A stretch of DNA of 62,171 nt, filler included. It is 15 parts of 15 records of this genome, joined end to end, with 100 filler letters (N's around TTAATTAATTAA, not from the genome) between each part and the next. Parts side by side here need not be neighbours in the genome. Positions count along the whole stretch, not along the records: positions 54,967 to 59,426 come from SRR11831580_1387; positions 59,527 to 62,171 come from SRR11831580_1396; 13 more parts are not named here. One strand, written 5' to 3'. This document shows positions 55,177 through 62,171 of the stretch, in pieces. Within the stretch, counting starts at the first letter, position 1. Each line of letters opens with the position of its first letter. The notes beneath the pieces were generated by a model, which had not been told where the DNA came from, searched no databases, and saw only the letters and a list, made by a program, of their open reading frames with translations. The translations under genes and the position numbers were made by a program.

Positions 55177-57810
55177 TCAGGCAAGCCGGTAACTGAACGT
55201 CCGTGACTGGCCGGGTAAAAAAGGCCCCGATAGATTTGAACCTTGATTTTCCTCGGTGGTAATGTGTTCATCCATCATCGTTTCTGAGCAAGAAATCACC
55301 TCGCGACTGAAAGCAACAGTCGCATCACAGGTTGCTGATTCAGCCGGATTAAACAGCCGTAAAATCACTTCTTGTCGGTCTTCAGCTTTCTTAAGTGCGC
55401 TTATCAGGCATCCCACTGGGGGCATTTTCAACAAACTATAACTTTCCGGCACGTTGAATCCGGCTTTGTTGAGCTTCATCACATCCCATGGGATTTTGTT
55501 GTAACACTGTACTGGAGTCAGCCATGCTCGCGCCTGCTGAGCTACACCAGCGGCGGTTGGCGTACCGGTATAACTCAATAAACTTAGGCGACAAGAAAGC
55601 AGACCACGTAGTTGTGAGTCCGGGACTGGCATTTTAATTCCCGAAGGCCGCCCAGGCCTTAAAAGCAGATCTTCTTTGCCCAGTAAGCCCACGCCACGCA
55701 GCAACGTAATGGCAAAGGTTTTCTTCTCTTCACCGATGACTTCAAATTCACGTAACCCTTCGCTAAAGACAGCCATGCCGTTACGCCCTTCCTGTAAGGC
55801 AACATAGTTGAGCATATTCCATACCGGAACCGGCGCTTCTTTCCAGCCTTCTTGCTGCCAGTTGTTCATTGCACTGTCGTTCACGGGGCGCGTTAGCGAA
55901 CCAAACTGCGTATCTGCCAGAACACTGTCGGTGTTAAAAGGTGTAGGGACCAGGACACGAAGGCGATGATCGTCAGCCTGGTTATCAAGATTGATATCCA
56001 CATCAATACGCCTGCTGTTATGACTAAGAGTGACAACCAACACCACCCCTACTCTGCCAGTGGATTGCCGGGCGCTGCGTTCTGACAAATTGAGCGGCAC
56101 TGCCATGTCATAGCGGATAACAGCCCTGCTCTGCCAGGCTTCATGAATAATATCGCATTGCGGTTTCGCGTTCGCTGCGGTAATTACCCACTCTTCTTTT
56201 GCGGGTGAATAGTCATATTCATCACCATCATCAGAGCTTTCTTCAATTTGCAATACCCGGTCATAGCGCACACCGCTGTCTTTATCTACCAGTTGCAGAG
56301 AACCATCCTCATTGAGCGCAATTTGCCAGAAAGCATTTTCCAGTATCCCTTCAGCGTCACTTTTTGCCGCAATTACGTTGCCAGGCTGATTCGCTTCGAT
56401 ATAAAGCGTGCGATAGCCCATAGAAGGGACAATCTGGTTGATCTGTATATCAAACTCCATAAAGGGATCGTAATTACCGTAATGAACTATTTGCCGATCG
56501 ATTAGGCCTGGATCGATCTCACGGGCATGGCGAATAAAATACGGTACAGGCTGACCGCGATCGTCCCGCAAATTAAACTGGCTGGCGCGCAGCCGCACAG
56601 TGGTGTTGATAACTTCTTCACGCGGCCAGGGCATCAGGTTAAACAGGACGAGTTTGTCGGCGTCGCTCTGCGGCATGTTGTCGGCAATTTTGCGCATGTA
56701 GAAACGAATCAGATTATCCGCCATGTCTTCAGCCAGTTCGAAGCGGGCGACGATTTCGCGATGAACTTTGTCACTACAGCAGCAGCCGATACTGTCGTGG
56801 GCATGATTTTTTAAGATCTCTTTCCACATTTTCTCCAGCAAGCCGTGGTGGTATTCAAAACCCAACGTCCAGGCCAGTGTTGCCAGCGGTTCCAGCAGAT
56901 TAACAATCTTATTTTCAATACGCGCGTGGGCAATTTTGATATCCATACGCGTAGAACCGATGGTGCGATGCACGCGCATATATTTGCCATCAATAAATTC
57001 CCCTTTCAGGGTTGCCAGATTATCTCGCTGCGCTTCGATCTTCTCAAATACCTCTTCAAAGCGGCTCATCACAAACTTACGTTGAGGGTAGATCTCACGT
57101 AGCTTATCCATCACTTCGAAGATATTTTGCTGCAATGGCATCTGGTCATGCCCATTCGGCAGCAAAATCTCTTTGGTTACAGACGCTTTTTCCAGCACGT
57201 CAAAATAACTGTCGAGGCGTTTACGTAATCCGTTTTCGTCGGCAGGTAAGTACTTACCGATGGCGTAGCCCAGCGGCAGCACCTGCGCCGTCACTTCGCT
57301 ACCGTCACTGCTTTGCCACAAAAACTCGGTTTTATCAGTACCGTGGCGCTCCGAACATCCGCGCCAGAACATGGTGCGGGTAATGCCAAATCCATTGTAG
57401 ATATGCGGCAGTTGCCCGGACATGCCAAAGGAATCTGGTAAATAACCTATTTTCATCGGCTCGCCAAACGCGAGGCAGTCACGCATTCCGTACATCAGAT
57501 TACGGACGATGGATTCCGCAGAAACAATCGTGGTATCGGTCTGGGTATACCAGGGGCCGATAATCAACTTGCCGGCTTCTACCTGTTTCTTCACACGGTC
57601 TTTGTTTTCCGGTTTCACCGCGAAATAATCTTCGAGGATCGCCGTTTGCCCGTCGAGTACGTAATATTTGTATTCGTTGTCCTGTTCCAGTCGGCACAGG
57701 ATCTCTTCCATATTATTGACCAGCAGAATACGTGACTCTTCGGTGGTGAAATACCACTCTCGATCCCAGTGCATATGCGGGGTGATGTGAACGCGAGATA
57801 CTGCTTTCAT
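55177..57810 (-). CDS. mngB: Mannosylglycerate hydrolase (GH38)
   Basis: 877 aa; [23 protein letters not shown]. Confidence 0.96.
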
Positions 57811-57827
57811 CGTCGTTTCCTTTTTGT

Positions 57828-59426
57828 TTATGGCATTACGCCATCAGTCAGATAGTTGCCATGCTTAACCGCGTGACGCCGCCACATCAGGAGAATTGCA
57901 GTCGAGATTGCAGCCCCCACCAATGCCGCGCCAAACCAGCCAATTGCCGCCATAACACCGCCCGCGCCATTATCATGAAGTAAAAAGAGCGAGAAAATGC
58001 CGGCACCGGGTGTCGAAAGGCCGATATTCATCGCACCGACAATAGCGCCCGTTACCATAGAGCCCAGCACAAACGAACCAATAACCCGCAGCGGATCTTC
58101 AATCGCCATCGGGATCGCCCCTTCGGTAATACCTGCCAGCCCTAACAGCCAGGTGGATTTCCCGGTCTCAATTTCAAACTCTTTAAACAGGCGCGGTGCG
58201 AGCATCGTGGAAGCGGTTACGGTAAATGCCGAAACCATTTTGACGGAGGCGAAAATGGCATACGGGCCGTAAACGCCGTTCGCCATTGCGCCCAGGCAGA
58301 ATGCATAAGCGGCTTTATTCACTGGCCCTCCAAGGTCAAAGGAACACATAAAACCGAGAATGGCACCCAGCAACAGCGCGTTACTTCCTGACAGACCGTT
58401 CAGCCAGGCGGTAAGCGAGTTATTGATCCAGGCGACAGGTTCCCCCACCACAAACAGCATCAGACTGCCCGCTCCCAACGTACCGAGCACCGGGTAGAGA
58501 TAAAAAGTCAGGAATCCATTGAATTTACTGCTAAGACGCAAGTGATTTTTCACCCAGCGCATCAAGTAACCGGCTATCAATCCGCCAACGACCGCGCCGA
58601 GAAACCCGGAGCCGATCATGTTGGCGGCAAGTCCAGCCGCAAAGCCTGGCGCTAACGCCGGTTTATCTGCCAGAGAATAGGCGGTATAGGCCGCGAGCAC
58701 CGGTACCATCAAAATTCCGAGCAGCCCGCCGCCCAGCTTGCGGTACATCCACAGCCAGGAGTTTTCTTCATTAAACAGATCTTGTAGCCCGAAGATTTGC
58801 GACAGTAATACCGCGACCGCCAGCACCGTGCCCCCCGCGACAATCAACGGTACGGCAAAAGAGATTCCGCTCAACAGTGCCTGTTTCAGCTCCGTTTTGA
58901 CACTTTTCACCGGTTGCGTATCTTGCTGTACGGTACGCGTCTCATCGCTACGCTTGAGGGTAAGCGCTTGTTGGATCAACGCTTCTGCATGGCGAATCGG
59001 CTCGGCAACAGGCACTGAAAGCGCGGGAATGCCATTAAAACGCTCACTCTCCTTGATGGCGACTTCAGCCGCAAAAATACAGGCGGTTGCACTATTGAGT
59101 TGATCCGCCGTTAAACGCCCTTCAATGCCGTTAGCGCCTTGTTTTTCAACGTAAACATTTACGCCGAGTTTGCGTCCGGCTTTTTCCAGATATTCCGCAG
59201 CCATATAGGTGTGAGCAATACCCGCCGGACAGGCCGTTACGCAGACGATAGTTGGCGCGTTGGAAAAAGAGGCAGAAGGTTGCGTGCCTCCCTTGTCATC
59301 CAGCGCCGAGAGCAACTCATCAGGCGTCGTCGCCGACTGTATACGCGCCCGAATCTCATCATCCGCAAGGCGCGTGGTCAGCGCTGTCAGCAGTTGCATA
59401 TGCGTAGTACCCGCTTCATTGGGGGG
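57828..59426 (-). CDS. mngA: Mannosylglycerate PTS EIIABC, 5' part missing
   Basis: [28 protein letters not shown]; upstream of mngB. Confidence 0.95.
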
Positions 59427-59550
59427 NNNNNNNNNNNNNNNNNNNNNNNNNNNNNNNNNNNNNNNNNNNNTTAATTAATTAANNNNNNNNNNNNNNNNNN
59501 NNNNNNNNNNNNNNNNNNNNNNNNNNCATCCGGTATTTCACGCTTAGATG

Positions 59551-62085
59551 TTAATTACTACCAAACATATCCTTGATCCAACCGGCTACACCGTCGCTGT
59601 CTTTCTGCTCTTGCTGAGCAGGTTGCTGTTGCGGCTGTTGCTGCGGCTGAGAAGACTGATCAAACGGATTGCCTGACGGCTGCTGCTGCATCTCGCTCTG
59701 CTGGCACAGCGATTGCGGATCGCTGGTCCAGACCGGCAAGATACGCATGCCACCGCTGCAAACAAAGTTGCCGTCGTAGTCCACGCCCATATCTGCAATA
59801 TCTTCTGGCGGAACAAGATTCAGCGGCGTTGGCGTCTGGTTAGCCAGATAACGCTGATAAATCGACATTGCCCCGCTGGCACCATACAGTTTGGTCGGCT
59901 GGTTGTTATCACGGCCGACCCAGGTGATGGTCACCGTGCTGCCGTCAATGCCCGCAAACCAGGTATCTACGTTATTGTTGGTAGTCCCTGTTTTCCCTGC
60001 CAGATGCAGGTTCGGGTATTTCGCCCCAAGCTGACGACCCGTACCGCGTTGTACCACCTGCTGCATGGTCCATAGTGTCAGATACGCCGCCTGCGCCGGA
60101 ACAGCGCGTTCCGCCTGCGGGAAGCTCTGATACAGCACTTTGCCATCTTCCGCGATTACCGAACGCAGCGCAGAAAGCGGTGCACGGTTACCACCGCTGG
60201 CGATGGTCTGGAATGCCTGCGCCACTTCGATTGGCGTTAAGTTCAACGCCCCCAGCAGCATTGCCGGAACCGGATGCAACTGATCTTTCGGTACGCCCAG
60301 TTTAATCCAGGTCTCCGTAACCGCAGGCAGCCCCAGCGCCATCCCCAGATTTACCGTCGGCACGTTCATCGAACGGGTCAACGCATCCACCAGCATCACT
60401 CTGCCGCTTTCGCTATAACGACGGTCATCATTCTGCGGTGACCAGACCTGGCCATTCGGCTGACGCAGCGCAATTGGCGCATCCGCAATCCACGTATTCA
60501 GACGATAGATTTTCGGCTGGCTTAAGGCCGTCAGATAAGTCGCTGGTTTTGCAAGGGAACCAATCGAACGACGCGCCTGCATCGCACGGTTGTAGCCCGC
60601 AAACTGCGGCTCAGAACCTCCGACCATCGCACGAACTTCACCACTAAAGCGGTCGACGACCACAATCGCAGTTTCAAGATCGCTCAACTTACGCTGTTTC
60701 TTCAGTGCCGGAATGCCTTCCACGGCGGCTTTTTCTGCCGCGTCCTGGGCCACCGAGTCAAAGGTAGTGAAGATCTTCACGCCGGAGAGATCTTTTACCT
60801 TATCGCCCAGTTTTGCCTGCAGCTCCTGACGCACCAGTTGCATAAAGGCTGGCTGAGGAGAGATCACCCCACCGCGCGGCTGAACCCCCAGCGGACGGGC
60901 ACTCAACATGTCATAGAGTTCTTGATCAATAATCTGTTGCTGTTGCAGCAGACGCAGCACCAGATTACGTCGCTCCAGCGCCAGTTTTGGGTTACGCCAC
61001 GGGTTGTAGATGGACGCCCCTTTCACCATACCGACTAACAGCGCCTGCTGGTCGAGGCTTAGCTCTTCTACCGGGCGACCAAAGTAATACAAGCTTGCCA
61101 GCGGGAAGCCGCGGATTTCGTTGTCGCCGCTCTGACCGAGATACACCTCGTTCATATACAGCTCAAGAATACGGTCTTTGCTGTAACGCGCGTCCATGAT
61201 CAGCGCCATGTAAGCTTCGTTCGCTTTACGCCAGTAAGAACGCTCGCTGGAGAGGAACAGGTTTTTCACCAGCTGTTGCGTCAGCGTACTCGCACCCTGT
61301 ACCGTGCGTCCGGCGGTCAGGTTTGCCAGCACCGCACGTCCGATTGAGTAGAGACTGATTCCATCATGCTCGTAAAAATGACGGTCTTCTGTCGCCAGCA
61401 AAGTATCCACCAGCAAATCCGGGAAACCACTGCGCGGCACAAACAGACGCTGCTCACCGTTTGGCGAAGAGATCATGGTGATCAGACGCGGATCAAGACG
61501 GAAGAAACCGAACTGACGGTTGTTCTCCATATTGACGATCGTCGCCAGATGATCGCCATCAAAGGTCAGACGCGCGCGCACCTGTCCTTCTTTACTGTCC
61601 GGGAAATCAAACGGACGGCGAATCATCTCAATGCTGTTGGCCTGCACGGTAAATTCGCCAGGACGGGTCATTTTCGACACCTGACGATACTGGGTCGCCT
61701 CCAGCAGCTTCACCATCTCGTTCTTGCTGATGGTCATGTCTGGCTCAAGATTGACCATTCGGCCATAAACTGCCGCAGGCAGTTGCCAGACCTTGCCATC
61801 AATACGGCTACGAATTTTTTGATCGAGATAAACGCCGTAAATGGCGATCAGCACGGCAAAAACGATAGCCAGTTTTAGCAGTAGCCATAGCCAGCCGCGT
61901 TTGCCACGAGGCTTACGCCCTTTGCCTTTGCCCTTACCTTTGCGCGGCATCGGTTCTTCATCCTCATAGTCATCATAATCGTCGTAATCATCGTCATCTT
62001 CGTAACGACGACGGCTTACCTTTTGTTTGACCGGACGCGTCGGTTTCCCTTTGCGTCCAATTGGCTCGCGGTCATTCCCGGCCAT
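59551..62085 (-). CDS. mrcB: Penicillin-binding protein 1B
   Basis: 844 aa from [35 protein letters not shown] and KTG motifs. Confidence 0.98.
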   Translation of the reverse strand: MAGNDREPIGRKGKPTRPVKQKVSRRRYEDDDDYDDYDDYEDEEPMPRKGKGKGKGRKPRGKRGWLWLLLKLAIVFAVLIAIYGVYLDQKIRSRIDGKVWQLPAAVYGRMVNLEPDMTISKNEMVKLLEATQYRQVSKMTRPGEFTVQANSIEMIRRPFDFPDSKEGQVRARLTFDGDHLATIVNMENNRQFGFFRLDPRLITMISSPNGEQRLFVPRSGFPDLLVDTLLATEDRHFYEHDGISLYSIGRAVLANLTAGRTVQGASTLTQQLVKNLFLSSERSYWRKANEAYMALIMDARYSKDRILELYMNEVYLGQSGDNEIRGFPLASLYYFGRPVEELSLDQQALLVGMVKGASIYNPWRNPKLALERRNLVLRLLQQQQIIDQELYDMLSARPLGVQPRGGVISPQPAFMQLVRQELQAKLGDKVKDLSGVKIFTTFDSVAQDAAEKAAVEGIPALKKQRKLSDLETAIVVVDRFSGEVRAMVGGSEPQFAGYNRAMQARRSIGSLAKPATYLTALSQPKIYRLNTWIADAPIALRQPNGQVWSPQNDDRRYSESGRVMLVDALTRSMNVPTVNLGMALGLPAVTETWIKLGVPKDQLHPVPAMLLGALNLTPIEVAQAFQTIASGGNRAPLSALRSVIAEDGKVLYQSFPQAERAVPAQAAYLTLWTMQQVVQRGTGRQLGAKYPNLHLAGKTGTTNNNVDTWFAGIDGSTVTITWVGRDNNQPTKLYGASGAMSIYQRYLANQTPTPLNLVPPEDIADMGVDYDGNFVCSGGMRILPVWTSDPQSLCQQSEMQQQPSGNPFDQSSQPQQQPQQQPAQQEQKDSDGVAGWIKDMFGSN

Positions 62086-62171
62086 GCTTTTTCTCCGCAA
62101 TATTCAGGCGCAAAAGCCCGATTTTCTGTTCTTCTGTTACAAGACAGAAGAAGATATCTCTCAAAATTTGT

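Noticed and set aside
61920-62010. Low-complexity D/Y and GK repeats
   Set aside because: Normal cytoplasmic N-terminal tail of PBP1B

Overview
This window is not one locus. It is an artificial concatenation of 15 unrelated contigs joined by 14 identical 100-bp spacers (44 N + TTAATTAATTAA + 44 N, stops in all six frames). Thirteen contigs are Escherichia coli K-12-type DNA from scattered map positions: ysgA-udp-rmuC-ubiEJB; xylB-yiaBA-wecH-ysaB-glyQS-IS150; nadD-holA-lptE-leuS-ybeL; caiABCD; araBC; xdhABC-ygeV; ykgEFG; degSQ-zapG-zapE; dhaM-treA; mhpDCBA-mhpR-lacI-lacZ-lacY; yhcC-gltB; mngAB; mrcB. They carry the laboratory alleles lacIq and lacZ-deltaM15. Untrimmed 454 Titanium paired-end (loxP-based) linker remnants and several single-base homopolymer frameshifts point to a pyrosequencing draft. 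Two contigs (21511-23825 and 31665-35301) come from an intron-rich eukaryote, probably a protist. The first holds a divergent head-to-head RPS5/ARPC1 gene pair. The second is a 15-exon fragment (about 744 codons by my manual splicing) of a large cysteine-rich extracellular mosaic protein: RRLL motifs, Cys-rich repeats, a LamG-like domain, a possibly circularly permuted discoidin-like domain and tandem YTTDGS repeats. The E. coli part shows no new biological system. The novel signal lies in the eukaryotic contigs: the mosaic protein, the GTRYG splice-donor consensus and the atypical RPS5. All identifications are by recognition and manual translation; no database searches were run.
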